Counted from the stretch's first letter, positions 34,350-43,444 are shown. The stretch: 64,000 bases of DNA from an uncultured Acidimicrobiales bacterium (GCA_937997485.1 CALKTH010000016.1:3669-67668); one strand, 5' to 3'. The notes: a model not told the origin generated them from the letters alone. Numbers and translations: made by a program.

Positions 34350-36049
34350 GGCCGGTGGAGGAGCACGGCTTCTCGGGCTTGCAGGCCAAAGCTCTCAGCG
34401 GGGCCGACATCGTCGGCCCCCTTGGAGCCGATGCCGGGTTCGGCCAGCGACCGGAAGTGAACGTCGTCGAGCTCGACCGTGAGGCCTTCGATGTTCAGCG
34501 CTCCATCGGTCGAGTTGAGCAGGGCAACGAACGGGCCTCGACGAAGGCCAACCACCCCGGCGGGGAGCGTCACTCCTGCGAGGGGCGCATCCCACTCGAC
34601 CGTGTCGCTTGTCCCGTCCTGAGCGTCGAGCGCGGCGTTCATGCTGCGGCGGGCGGCGAGCAGCGCTCGCATTCGGTGGAGGTGAGAGGTCGGATCGTTG
34701 CGTTGGAACTCGACGGTGTCGGCGACGTCTCGGCCCCCCATCGGCAACCACGGGTCCTCAGAGGTGCTGAAGCCGAGGCTCGTTCCCGAACCCCAGGGCA
34801 TCGGTGTGCGGCAACCATCGCGATTGTCACTGTCGACGCCGGTGCGGAACGACACCGGGTCCACGAAGCGCTCGGGCGGAACGTAGCCATCGGCCAGCCC
34901 CAGCTCATCGCCCTGGTAGAGGAAGGGCGTGCCCGGCAGGGCCATCATCATCGTCATCAAGGCAAGCGCCCGCTCCGCTCCCTCGCGGCCGCCGCCGAAT
35001 CGGCCAGGGGCACGAGGGTCATCGTGGCTGCTCATCACCCAGCCGATGCCCGAACCCACCGCATCGAGCGGTGCGCGGAGAATGTCGAGAATCGCCTCGG
35101 TCGACCACTCCATGTGCATCGGTTCGAACCAGAAGCCGGTGTGGATGCCGTCGCGAGGCTCCAAGAAGTGACGCAGCGCCATCGCATCCAACACGTAGGT
35201 CTCGCCAATGAGGAACGCGTCATACTCGGCGACGAGTTCATGCCATCCCCGAAAGATCTCGAGTGTCTCGTCCTGCAGAATGTCGCGCTCGTGGACGAAG
35301 CTGTCCCACTGCTCGAAGCGGCTCATGCCCGGCTCGAGCGGTCGCAGCTCGGTGTTGTCGCGGAAGTCGGCATCTTTGACGAAGCCCTGGGTGACGTCGA
35401 TACGGAAGCCGTCCACGCCGCGTTCCAGCCAGAAGCGCAGGACGTCCTTCCACGCCTCGATCACACCGGGATTCGACCAGTTCAGGTCGGGCTGCTCGGG
35501 CAGGAAAAGGTGACAGTAGTACTGCCCGCTCGCCTCATCGAGCGTCCAGGCCGAGCCGCCGAAGTGGGAGATCCAGTTGTTCGGTGGTCCGCCATCCGGG
35601 GCGGGATCTCGCCAGACGTACCAGTCGCGCTTGTCGGCATCGACGGACGCAACGGCGTTCTGAAACCACGGATGCTGGTGAGAGGTGTGATTGGGAACAA
35701 TGTCGATGATGACTCGAATACCGAGTTCGTGGGCCCGGTCGATCATCGCCGTGCAGTCCTCAATGGTCCCGAAGAGCGGGTCCACGCCGGTGTAGTCGGC
35801 AATGTCGTACCCAAAATCCACCATTGGCGATGGATAGAACGGCGTGACCCAAAGAAGGTCAACGCCCAACCAGGCCAAGTGATCGAGCCGGTCTCTCAAG
35901 CCGATGAAGTCACCGACACCATCACCATCGCCGTCGGCAAACGATCGGATGTACGCCTCGTAGCCCACAGAACGGTCCCACCAGGAAGGTGGCGTTCCAG
36001 CGACGGACGCCGATGCCGGAACGGCGGCGGGGGCAATCGAATCGGACAT
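34346..36049 (-). CDS. GH13 alpha-glucosidase / oligo-1,6-glucosidase
   Basis: GVDLLWVTPFYPSP, VIIDIVPNHTS, GVDGFRIDV, GETY and SHDDPR are GH13 conserved regions I-IV. Start at MSDSIAP. ATGA overlap with the LacI start. Confidence 0.9.
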   Translation of the reverse strand: MSDSIAPAAVPASASVAGTPPSWWDRSVGYEAYIRSFADGDGDGVGDFIGLRDRLDHLAWLGVDLLWVTPFYPSPMVDFGYDIADYTGVDPLFGTIEDCTAMIDRAHELGIRVIIDIVPNHTSHQHPWFQNAVASVDADKRDWYVWRDPAPDGGPPNNWISHFGGSAWTLDEASGQYYCHLFLPEQPDLNWSNPGVIEAWKDVLRFWLERGVDGFRIDVTQGFVKDADFRDNTELRPLEPGMSRFEQWDSFVHERDILQDETLEIFRGWHELVAEYDAFLIGETYVLDAMALRHFLEPRDGIHTGFWFEPMHMEWSTEAILDILRAPLDAVGSGIGWVMSSHDDPRAPGRFGGGREGAERALALMTMMMALPGTPFLYQGDELGLADGYVPPERFVDPVSFRTGVDSDNRDGCRTPMPWGSGTSLGFSTSEDPWLPMGGRDVADTVEFQRNDPTSHLHRMRALLAARRSMNAALDAQDGTSDTVEWDAPLAGVTLPAGVVGLRRGPFVALLNSTDGALNIEGLTVELDDVHFRSLAEPGIGSKGADDVGPAESFGLQAREAVLLHRP

Positions 36050-36147
36050 GGTGGCTTTCCTTCGTGACAGTGGGCTGACCTGTTTGTGTACGCAGAGCCC
36101 GAGGGCCAGACCGCTGCGTCGCCGGTCATGGAACAAGTGCGTTCCCG

Positions 36148-37050
36148 TCAGGGAAGCGGAACGCCCTCGGATGCGGGGATGATCCGATACAGATCGTCTC
36201 GGGTGAGGGTGACGGTGGTGGCCTGGGCGAGCTCGGCCAGCCGTTCGATCTTCTGTGTGCCCAGCAAGGCAACGGGCTTGGAGGGATGAGCGAGAACGAA
36301 AGCGACGGCGATCGTGCCGCGAGAGACACCCTCGCGGTCAGCCAGCTCGTCCATGATGCCGAGCAGATCAGCGTTGACGCCCTCACCGGTCGCCAGACTT
36401 CCACCGGCAAGCGGGCTCCACGCCAAGGGCGTGACCCGTTCCTGCATGCACCGGTCGAACGTGCCGTCACGCATCGGGTTGAGATGTGTCATCGAGTACT
36501 CGGGCTGATCGGTGGCGATCGGGAAGTCCAAGTAGCGCTGCAGCGCGTCGGTCTGGGCGGCGGTGTGGTTCGATACGCCGACCTCGCGGATCTTGCCAGC
36601 ATCTCGGAGCGAGGTCAGCGTTGCTGCAACCTGCTCGGGGTGGGCGTACATGTCGGGGCGGTGGATCTGATAGAGATCGATCGTCTCGGCCTGGAGGCGG
36701 CGAAGGCTGTTGTCGCACGCTTCCACGAGGTATTCAGGGCTGGAGTTGTAGGGCGTCGGAGGCACGATGCCGCCCTTGGTGGCCAGCACCATCCGATCAC
36801 GGAGTTCGGGAGCTGCAGCCAGGACCTTGCCCAGGATGACCTCATTGTCGCCGAAGCCCGTTCCACCCCAGTCGAGGCCATAGACATCGGCGTTGTCGAT
36901 CAGGTTCATGCCCTGGTCAAGGGCCGCTTCGATGATGGCTTGCGATGCAGGAACGTCGTCTTTGGTAAACCGCCAGCAGCCGAAGCCAAGCGGTCCGACC
37001 TCGAACGATCCGATTGTGCGCTGCTCACCGGACACCAGAGACTCAGTCAT
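36148..37050 (-). CDS. aldo/keto reductase
   Basis: GFGCWRF..., DNADVYG, and LVLATKGG with a later QPEYS pattern. Confidence 0.9.
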   Translation of the reverse strand: MTESLVSGEQRTIGSFEVGPLGFGCWRFTKDDVPASQAIIEAALDQGMNLIDNADVYGLDWGGTGFGDNEVILGKVLAAAPELRDRMVLATKGGIVPPTPYNSSPEYLVEACDNSLRRLQAETIDLYQIHRPDMYAHPEQVAATLTSLRDAGKIREVGVSNHTAAQTDALQRYLDFPIATDQPEYSMTHLNPMRDGTFDRCMQERVTPLAWSPLAGGSLATGEGVNADLLGIMDELADREGVSRGTIAVAFVLAHPSKPVALLGTQKIERLAELAQATTVTLTRDDLYRIIPASEGVPLP

Positions 37051-37123
37051 CCCCGCAGGCTACAAACCCGGGCCATGCCTCGGACCGGGAAGAAGTCGCC
37101 GATCCAACGTGTTCACTGCACCC

Positions 37124-37429
37124 ATGGATTTCGAGATTTCTCCTGATGCCCTGGACACCGTGCGAGCCAAGGGCGGCACCGCTGCCATCGACTTCATCAA
37201 GCCCATCGGTTGAGGCGGCGTTGAAGAGGTGTCGGTCGACACCTATCTCCAAGGCAAGAAGACGAACGGCTACCGCCGGGAACACATCGAGGACGTGACA
37301 ATTCTTCTCGCGCCTTCCCTCCTGGACTACGCCAACAAGGTCCAGCTCGTCACGAAGAAGAAGATCATCGGCGGGAAGAAGCTGGTGGCCATGGCTCACC
37401 ACGAACACACCGGCGCCTGCCGCCACTAG
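37124..37429 (+). CDS. candidate small selenoprotein (101 aa if TGA 37211-37213 is read as Sec); otherwise a disrupted gene
   Basis: ATG 37124 runs to TAG 37429 in a single frame, broken only by TGA at 37211. The same frame keeps high third-position G+C on both sides of the TGA. The ORF track splits it into 36893..37213 and 37229..37429, which are in the same frame. Product: MDFEISPDALDTVRAKGGTAAIDFIKPIG-U-GGVEEVSVDTYLQGKK...HTGACRH. Confidence 0.5.
37227..37244 (+). promoter_or_regulatory. SECIS-like hairpin downstream of the in-frame TGA
   Basis: AGGUGUC-GGUC-GACACCU has a 7-bp perfect stem and a GGUC loop. The loop begins 20 nt after the A of UGA. Confidence 0.45.
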
Positions 37430-37435
37430 CCCCTC

Positions 37436-37544
37436 CTGGGTGCCTGACCCCCACCATCACCTGTGGGTGCCTGACCCCCACCATCACTGAGACCCTCACC
37501 TGCACCTGTGGGTGCCTGACCCCCACCATCACTGAGACCCTCAG
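37436..37544. repeat. three tandem REP-family copies (same family as at the RAYT locus)
   Basis: TGGGTGCCTGACCCCCACCATCAC occurs three times (starting at about 37438, 37464 and 37508). The last two copies sit in a 44-nt repeat unit CCTGTGGGTGCCTGACCCCCACCATCACTGAGACCCTCA. The reverse complement resembles copy E (GGTAGTGGGGGTCAGACACC). The array lies between convergent genes and overlaps the ogt stop. Confidence 0.8.
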
Positions 37545-38101
37545 AACAGGGTGTTCTCGCCCCACTTGGGTTCCAGGCCAAGCGTCGTCCGCTCGAGATC
37601 AAGCAGGAAGGCCTTCCATTCGAGACCACCGGCGAATCCGGTCAGCGTGCCATCGGCGCCCACGATGCGGTGGCACGGCAGCATGATCGAGACGGGGTTC
37701 TTGCCATTCGCTGAGGCCACCGCTCGAGTTGCTTTGGGATTGCCGAGATGCGTGGCCTGCTCTCCATAGGTGGTGGTGCGGCCGTACGGGATGTCGCTCA
37801 GACCTTGCCAGACTCTGACCTGGAACTCAGTGCCGGCTAGATCAAGCGGTACCTCGAACTGCATGCGTTCGCCGGCGAAGTACTCGGTGAGTTGGCGGGC
37901 CGCTTCGTCGAGGACGTCATTGCTTTCTTCGACCATGGCGCCGAGGCGAACTCGGTTGCGCTCATCGTTGTCGTTCGGCCAGAGAATGGCCCGTAGTCCG
38001 CGCTCGCTGGCCACCAAACGGAGCTGACCCATCGGAGCATCGAACGTGCGAGTTCGTAGGTCGGTGGGTTCGGGGGCGATGTCAGTAACGGTGTCAGGCA
38101 T
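37541..38101 (-). CDS. ogt: methylated-DNA--protein-cysteine methyltransferase
   Basis: The PCHRIV active site is preceded by TEFQVRVWQGLSDIPYGRTTTYGE. Start at MPDTV, an 8-nt overlap with the upstream gene. Confidence 0.9.
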   Translation of the reverse strand: MPDTVTDIAPEPTDLRTRTFDAPMGQLRLVASERGLRAILWPNDNDERNRVRLGAMVEESNDVLDEAARQLTEYFAGERMQFEVPLDLAGTEFQVRVWQGLSDIPYGRTTTYGEQATHLGNPKATRAVASANGKNPVSIMLPCHRIVGADGTLTGFAGGLEWKAFLLDLERTTLGLEPKWGENTLF

Positions 38102-39641
38102 GAGGGGCTCCATCAAGAGAGGGTTCGGATCGGGCGAGATACTCGGCCCAAAGGTGGTGTGTTGCGTAGGCCCGCCACGGGCGGAAACGCTCGACGTACT
38201 GCTCGAGCTCGTCGTCGGTTTCGGCGATGCCCATCTCGGCGGCGATGCGTCTGAGGATGAGATCCTTCGGGGCGAACGCATCAGGATCGGCCAGCGCCTT
38301 CAGGGCAACCACACGAGCCGTCCAAGGGCCGATGCCCTTCACTGCGATCATCTGCGCCTCCGCGTCGGCCCGGTTGGCACTCGGTCCGAGATCAACATCG
38401 CCATTGGCGACGGCAGCGGCCAAGGAAACGAGGGCACGCGCCCGCGCCTTCGGCATGCCCAGCGTGTCTGGGTCGATGGCCGCCCACTCCTCGGCCGAGG
38501 GGAACACCCTTTCGACCGAGCCGAGCGGCTGCGACAGCGGTGTGCCGTGTGCGGCGACGAGACGGGCGCACATCGCTCGAGCGGAGGCCAGAGAGACCTG
38601 CTGGTGGAGGACGGCTCGGATCGCCGCATCGATGCCGTCGACTTCGCCCGGTGAGCGGAGGCCCGGGCGCCGTTGCACTAGGGAGGCGAAGGCGGGATCG
38701 GCGGTCAGAACAGGTTCGATGACGGCCGGGTCGGCATCAAGGTCGAGAAGCCGTCGGGACCGTTGGATTGCAGTTTGAAGGTCCGACAACTCGCTCACTC
38801 GGAAGCGGGCCGCTACGTATCCATCGGCTGGCTGTAGCTCGACCGTTGCCGGGCCACCCTCCAGGCGCAGGCTGCGTCGGAGTACTGGCCGGTTCGGGTC
38901 GGCCTGATCGACCTCCTCGATGCCATTCACGGCATGCAAACGAAACCACGTAAAGAGGTGGGCCGCATGGAACGGCGCACGGTACGGCATACGGAGATCG
39001 ATGCCCATGTCCGCGGTTCTGTCTTCTCCGTTGAGAGCAGTGGATCCTCGCCGGCCACGGAGTTCGGTCGGTGAGGAGGCGAAGACAGCACGGATGGTGT
39101 CGTTGAACTGCCGAATGCTCTCGAAGCCCGAGGCGAAGGCGACATCGCTGAAGGGGACATCGGTGGTCTCGATCAGCACCCTGGCCGCTCGCGCCCGCCG
39201 AGCACGGGCCAGAGCGACCGGGCTCGCCCCGACCTCAGAGTTCAACAGACGAGTGAGGTGGCGAGTGCTCACCGCAAGGCGACTGGCCAGGCCCGGCACA
39301 CCCTCACGATCGATCACTCCGTCGTCGATTGCCCGCATCGCTCGGGCGACCAAGTCATCTCGGCGATTCCATTCCGGCGACCCGGGGACCGCATCGGGTG
39401 CACACCGCTTACAGCTTCGGAAACCCGCTTGTTGCGCCGCAGCTGAGGTGGGAAAGAACTCCATGTTCTTTCGCTTCGGCCGGACGGGGGTCGGGCAGCT
39501 CGGACGGCAGTAGATACCGGTGCTCGTCACACCCACCGTCACCCAACCATCGAAGCGGGCATCCCGACTTTCGACTGCCCGCATCCACGCTTCGAGTGGA
39601 GCGTTGCTGTCGTGGCGGGCGGTCTCGGTCATGACCACCAT
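38094..39641 (-). CDS. bifunctional Ada-like regulator / AlkA DNA-3-methyladenine glycosylase II
   Basis: N-Ada zinc domain (RDARFDGWVTVGVTSTGIYCRPSCP...CKRCAPD), an AraC HTH (VSTRHLTRLLNSEVG), the AlkA N-domain and an HhH-GPD region (IAVKGIGPWTA). Confidence 0.9.
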   Translation of the reverse strand: MVVMTETARHDSNAPLEAWMRAVESRDARFDGWVTVGVTSTGIYCRPSCPTPVRPKRKNMEFFPTSAAAQQAGFRSCKRCAPDAVPGSPEWNRRDDLVARAMRAIDDGVIDREGVPGLASRLAVSTRHLTRLLNSEVGASPVALARARRARAARVLIETTDVPFSDVAFASGFESIRQFNDTIRAVFASSPTELRGRRGSTALNGEDRTADMGIDLRMPYRAPFHAAHLFTWFRLHAVNGIEEVDQADPNRPVLRRSLRLEGGPATVELQPADGYVAARFRVSELSDLQTAIQRSRRLLDLDADPAVIEPVLTADPAFASLVQRRPGLRSPGEVDGIDAAIRAVLHQQVSLASARAMCARLVAAHGTPLSQPLGSVERVFPSAEEWAAIDPDTLGMPKARARALVSLAAAVANGDVDLGPSANRADAEAQMIAVKGIGPWTARVVALKALADPDAFAPKDLILRRIAAEMGIAETDDELEQYVERFRPWRAYATHHLWAEYLARSEPSLDGAPHA

Positions 39642-39952
39642 CTTGCCGGAACAGGAGGCGACTCACCGGCGGTTTTCAGACATCTCAGCACTGCGTTGAG
39701 AACATCCGGCCGTCGCTGGTCGAAGGGCTCCATCGCCGCTCAAGCAAATCGTTCGGCCCATGAGCACGACGCCACCTCGCTCGTGAACTTGGCAGCTGTC
39801 GCTGACATGCTGAACCAGTTTGGTCTTGAGCACGAAAGGCGCGCTCACGACCAGACCGGCCACGGTCTCATGCTTCGCAATCGGGACTGAGCTCGGTGCC
39901 CAGCGGACGAAACTCAGGCGGCGTCTGCAGCTTGGTGTGCCAAGCTCCCCGA

Positions 39953-40681
39953 ATGAATGAAGGCATCTTCGATGGCGACAACGCTGCCCAGTACGACCAG
40001 CGTTCGGCCGATCGCTTTCGACCGGAGGTGCTCGATCCGGCGGTCGATCTCCTCGAAGAATTGGCGGACGGCGGTCCGGCGCTCGAACTTGCCATTGGAA
40101 CGGGGCGGGTCGGCCTGCCTTTGTCGCAACGGGGCGTTCCCGTCTCTGGCATTGAGCTGTCAGCAGACATGGTCGCCCAGCTCCGGACCAAGCCTGGCGG
40201 TGAGCAGCTCCCCGTGACGATCGGCGACATGACGTCCACCCGGATCGACGGCACGTTCTCACTCGCCTACCTCGTCTACAACACGATCGTGAACCCCGGC
40301 ACCCAGGAGGGTCAGGTTGCGTGCTTCACGAACGCTGCGGCCCACCTCGCACCGGGCGGACGCTTCGTCATCGAGACGAACATCTCACCGATTCGCCGTC
40401 TCCCGATGGGCGAACGGTTCGTTCCCTTCCACGTTTCACCCGGACACATCGGCATCGACGAACTCGATGTCGCCACGCAGCAGGGCATCTCTCACCACAC
40501 CTGGATCGAGGGCGAACAGGCACACGTCGTCGACTTTCACTATCGCTACACGTGGCCCAGCGAACTGGACCTGATGGCTCGCATTGCGGGCATGGAACTC
40601 GAACATCGCTGGGAGAACTGGCACCGCGACCCGTTTACGAACGAGAGCGAAACACACATCTCCGTGTGGCGGAAGCTCTAG
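39953..40681 (+). CDS. class I SAM-dependent methyltransferase
   Basis: ALELAIGTGRV is motif I (E/DxGxGxG-like). The fold length is about 240 aa. Start at MNEGIF. Confidence 0.78.
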   Translation: MNEGIFDGDNAAQYDQRSADRFRPEVLDPAVDLLEELADGGPALELAIGTGRVGLPLSQRGVPVSGIELSADMVAQLRTKPGGEQLPVTIGDMTSTRIDGTFSLAYLVYNTIVNPGTQEGQVACFTNAAAHLAPGGRFVIETNISPIRRLPMGERFVPFHVSPGHIGIDELDVATQQGISHHTWIEGEQAHVVDFHYRYTWPSELDLMARIAGMELEHRWENWHRDPFTNESETHISVWRKL

Positions 40682-40693
40682 CGAACGCCACCC

Positions 40694-42790
40694 TCAGCCG
40701 TCAGCCTCGCCAAAGAGCGCTCCCTGCTCGGCGTCGTTCTCTGCGTCATCACCAGGAGCGCCGGTCGTTGCCGCAAGGGCGGCGAGAAACTCTTCGCCGG
40801 TGTGCAACTCGATGCCAAGAGCAGTGATCTTGTCGAGCTTGGCCGGACCGGCACCCTCCCCGGCATAGGCGATATCGACCGACTTCGACGGCGAGCCGGC
40901 GGGCTTGGCACCTACGGCGATGAGCGCTTCCTTGACCTCGGTCCGGGACATGCCGTCGATCGTTCCGGTGACGAGCACCTTCTTGCCGGCAAGTGGGTGA
41001 TCCGATGACTCGACGTCAACTCGCTCCGGCATCGGAAGCGGCTCGAGCCCCAAATCCAGCAGACGGTTGATGACGGGCGTGACCTTCACGAGGTCCTCCT
41101 TCATCTCCGTGCCCCGCTTCTCCTTGATGGCCTCGACCTCGAAGAGCTGCTCGAGTGTTGCGTCTCGCACGGCCTCGAGGGTGCGGAAGTGATCGGCCAG
41201 CCGGCGAGCGAAGGTCTGATTGACCCACCGGATCTGGAGGCCCGCCAACACATTGTCAAGGCGGGTTCCCTTGAGAGCGCGCTGGGTTTCGGCCACGATC
41301 TTGTCAGCCGAGCCCTCAACGCCATCGAGCGTGCGCCACTCATCGGCCGTCAGCGCAAACACATCGGCGATGTTGCTGACGAGTCCCGCATCGATGGCTT
41401 TCTCCATCAAGACCCCCGACGCTCCATCAAGGTCGAAAGCGTTGCGACCCACGGCATTGGTCATCCGGGTCAGAAGCGCACATTCGGGGTTCATGCACTT
41501 GGGACGAACCTTGTCGAAGTTGAGATCTTGTTCGCACTTTGGGCACGTGGTGGGAGCCACGTAGAGCTCGGGGTCGGTGATGTCCTGTTCCTCTGTGAGC
41601 GCCACGATCTGAGGAATGATGTCGTTCATCTTCGACACCGTCACCCGAGCCCCGATGAAGAGACCTTGCCGCGCGATCTGATCGGGATTGTGGAGCGAGG
41701 CTCGTTGCACCATCGTCCCTGCAATGCTCACCGGCTCGGCGAGCACACCGGTGAAGGAGATCCCGCCGGTCTTGCCGACATCGAGTTCGATGCGCTCCAA
41801 GATCCCGATACCGACCTCGGAGGCGAACTTGTACGCCTTCGCCCACTTCGGTGTTCGGCTACCGAGCCCCAGTCGATCGCGCTCGGCGGGGTCAGTGGCG
41901 GAAACGACGACCCCATCGCAGAAGTAGTCATACGCAGGGTCTCGGGTGACCTCGCCGATGGCTTCAATCGTTGCCATCACGACCGTCGGGTCAGCCGGAA
42001 GCACAGCGGAGCCGAACGCGTCGTCCACGATGGTGACGAAACCTTTGCTGGCTAGCCAGCCAAGAGCCTGATCGCCTGCCTCGCTCTCGAGATCTGCGGA
42101 GTAGGCGATGAAGCGGGTGGGGACGTCGTAGGTCTTGGTGCTGTGGCTGGGACGGGCCAGTGCCGGACCAATGGGGTTCCGCCGATTCTTGAACGCCTCA
42201 CCCCGCCCCTCAGCGGCTGCCGCCATATCTTCGTGGGTCATCACGACCTCGCCTCGGACCTCGACACGACCGGGTGCATCAATCGAATCGGGGACGTTGG
42301 CGACGATGCGCCGGTTGTGTGTGACATCGGTGCCCGTGCGGCCATCACCTCGAGTCACCATTCGGGCGAGCTTGCCCTCCTCGAACACGATCGAGAGCGC
42401 AATGCCATCGAGCTTGGGAGTGACGAGCACTGTCTGCTCCTCCGAGAGGGTGGCAAGGAACTTCTGCAACCCTTCCTCGTCGGTGATCTTGTCGAGGCTG
42501 AGCATCGGCGTGAGGTGTTCAACATCTCCTGCCTCGATGACCCCACCAGCGACGGAGTTCAGGAACGTCTGCGCCCCCTCATGTTCGGCAGCGGACGGAT
42601 GGGCCGCGAGCTCGTCCCTGAGACCATCGAAGACCTTGTCCTCCATCACGGGACTGCCGTCTCGGTAGGCCCGCTCCGCCTCGATCAGTTCGCCAAGAAG
42701 ATCCTCGATGTCACGCACTCCCCCATTGTGCCGCTGCCCTGCGACAGTCGCCTCGGTCCGGGAAATCGGCGAGGCCGGAAAGGCCGACAA
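40694..42790 (-). CDS. NAD-dependent DNA ligase family protein (divergent LigA-like, full domain set)
   Basis: Adenylation lysine in TPKLDG, TRGDGRTGTDVTHN, an OB fold, a Cys4 zinc finger (CPKCEQDL...CMNPEC), HhH repeats and a C-terminal BRCT (GKKVLVTGTIDGMSRTEVKEAL). The domain Ia and FxNxRN regions deviate from canonical LigA. Confidence 0.85.
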   Translation of the reverse strand: MSAFPASPISRTEATVAGQRHNGGVRDIEDLLGELIEAERAYRDGSPVMEDKVFDGLRDELAAHPSAAEHEGAQTFLNSVAGGVIEAGDVEHLTPMLSLDKITDEEGLQKFLATLSEEQTVLVTPKLDGIALSIVFEEGKLARMVTRGDGRTGTDVTHNRRIVANVPDSIDAPGRVEVRGEVVMTHEDMAAAAEGRGEAFKNRRNPIGPALARPSHSTKTYDVPTRFIAYSADLESEAGDQALGWLASKGFVTIVDDAFGSAVLPADPTVVMATIEAIGEVTRDPAYDYFCDGVVVSATDPAERDRLGLGSRTPKWAKAYKFASEVGIGILERIELDVGKTGGISFTGVLAEPVSIAGTMVQRASLHNPDQIARQGLFIGARVTVSKMNDIIPQIVALTEEQDITDPELYVAPTTCPKCEQDLNFDKVRPKCMNPECALLTRMTNAVGRNAFDLDGASGVLMEKAIDAGLVSNIADVFALTADEWRTLDGVEGSADKIVAETQRALKGTRLDNVLAGLQIRWVNQTFARRLADHFRTLEAVRDATLEQLFEVEAIKEKRGTEMKEDLVKVTPVINRLLDLGLEPLPMPERVDVESSDHPLAGKKVLVTGTIDGMSRTEVKEALIAVGAKPAGSPSKSVDIAYAGEGAGPAKLDKITALGIELHTGEEFLAALAATTGAPGDDAENDAEQGALFGEADG

Positions 42791-42805
42791 GGCACGGAGG
42801 ACAGA

Positions 42806-43444
42806 TCAGGCGTCGGTGCGGAGGCGGAAGAGCTGGTAGTCCCAACCGTCTGCTCCGAGGTCGAGAACCTCTTCCTCTTCAATGGAACCGCCAGCGATGA
42901 ACAGCTCTCGGTTCTCTTCGGCAGAGCGGAGGTGGAACGGACGGGGTCTGCCATCCATGGCAAACGTGCTCACGATGGAGCCGAGCGAGCCACCCCACAC
43001 GCCGATCTGCAGCGGTGATCCCGGCGCAAGCGCACTGGCCATCGCACGGACTGTCGTCTCGATCGAATCGGCGGGCAGGTGCATCAATGTGCTGATCGAC
43101 CAGCCCGCGTCGAACGCAGCCTGACGGACAGGCGGCGTTGACACCGAGGCATGCACGATGTGGAGACCACGCTCACGACCAAGGCGCGCATTGCCATGGG
43201 CGAGGTCGATCCCAACGAATCGAAGTCCGGCATCAACAAAAGCAGAGCCATCGATCCCTGGACCCGCCCCGAAGTCGATGACGGAAGAGCGCCCTTCGGC
43301 CCGCAGCAACTCGACAAAGGCCGCCTGCCACTCAAGTCGAACGTCGTCCCGAAACTCTGTGCGCAGTCGTCGGCGAGCTTCCTCTTCATAGAACGAACGG
43401 AGGTCTTGTTCTCCAGAATCCAACACCCGCTCACTCATCAACAA
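42806..43444 (-). CDS. class I SAM-dependent methyltransferase
   Basis: VIDFGAGPGIDG is motif I. Confidence 0.75.
   Translation of the reverse strand: MLMSERVLDSGEQDLRSFYEEEARRRLRTEFRDDVRLEWQAAFVELLRAEGRSSVIDFGAGPGIDGSAFVDAGLRFVGIDLAHGNARLGRERGLHIVHASVSTPPVRQAAFDAGWSISTLMHLPADSIETTVRAMASALAPGSPLQIGVWGGSLGSIVSTFAMDGRPRPFHLRSAEENRELFIAGGSIEEEEVLDLGADGWDYQLFRLRTDA

Noticed and set aside
34355-36067. 570-aa plus-strand ORF.
   Set aside because: It is antisense to the GH13 gene, which carries all four GH13 conserved regions.
37043-37426. 127-aa minus-strand ORF covering the candidate selenoprotein locus.
   Set aside because: The composition (Leu/Val/Gly/Arg/Asp runs) looks like an antisense artefact. 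The plus-strand frame has the better third-position G+C and a sensible amino-acid mix.
37436-37544. Tandem repeats that might be mistaken for a mini CRISPR array.
   Set aside because: There are only three copies, the spacers are themselves repeated (the whole 44-nt unit recurs), no cas genes are present, and the sequence belongs to the REP family seen at the RAYT locus.
39663-39880. Possible about 66-aa minus-strand ORF (VAGLVVSAPFVLKTKLVQHVSDSCQVHERGG...) ending 21 nt upstream of the ada-alkA start. The ORF track shows it as the tail of a 199-aa ORF, 39663..40262.
   Set aside because: The long form is antisense to the methyltransferase gene. The short form has only moderate third-position G+C, no ATG, no SD and no motif. 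It could be a real leader peptide gene but is not supportable from sequence alone.
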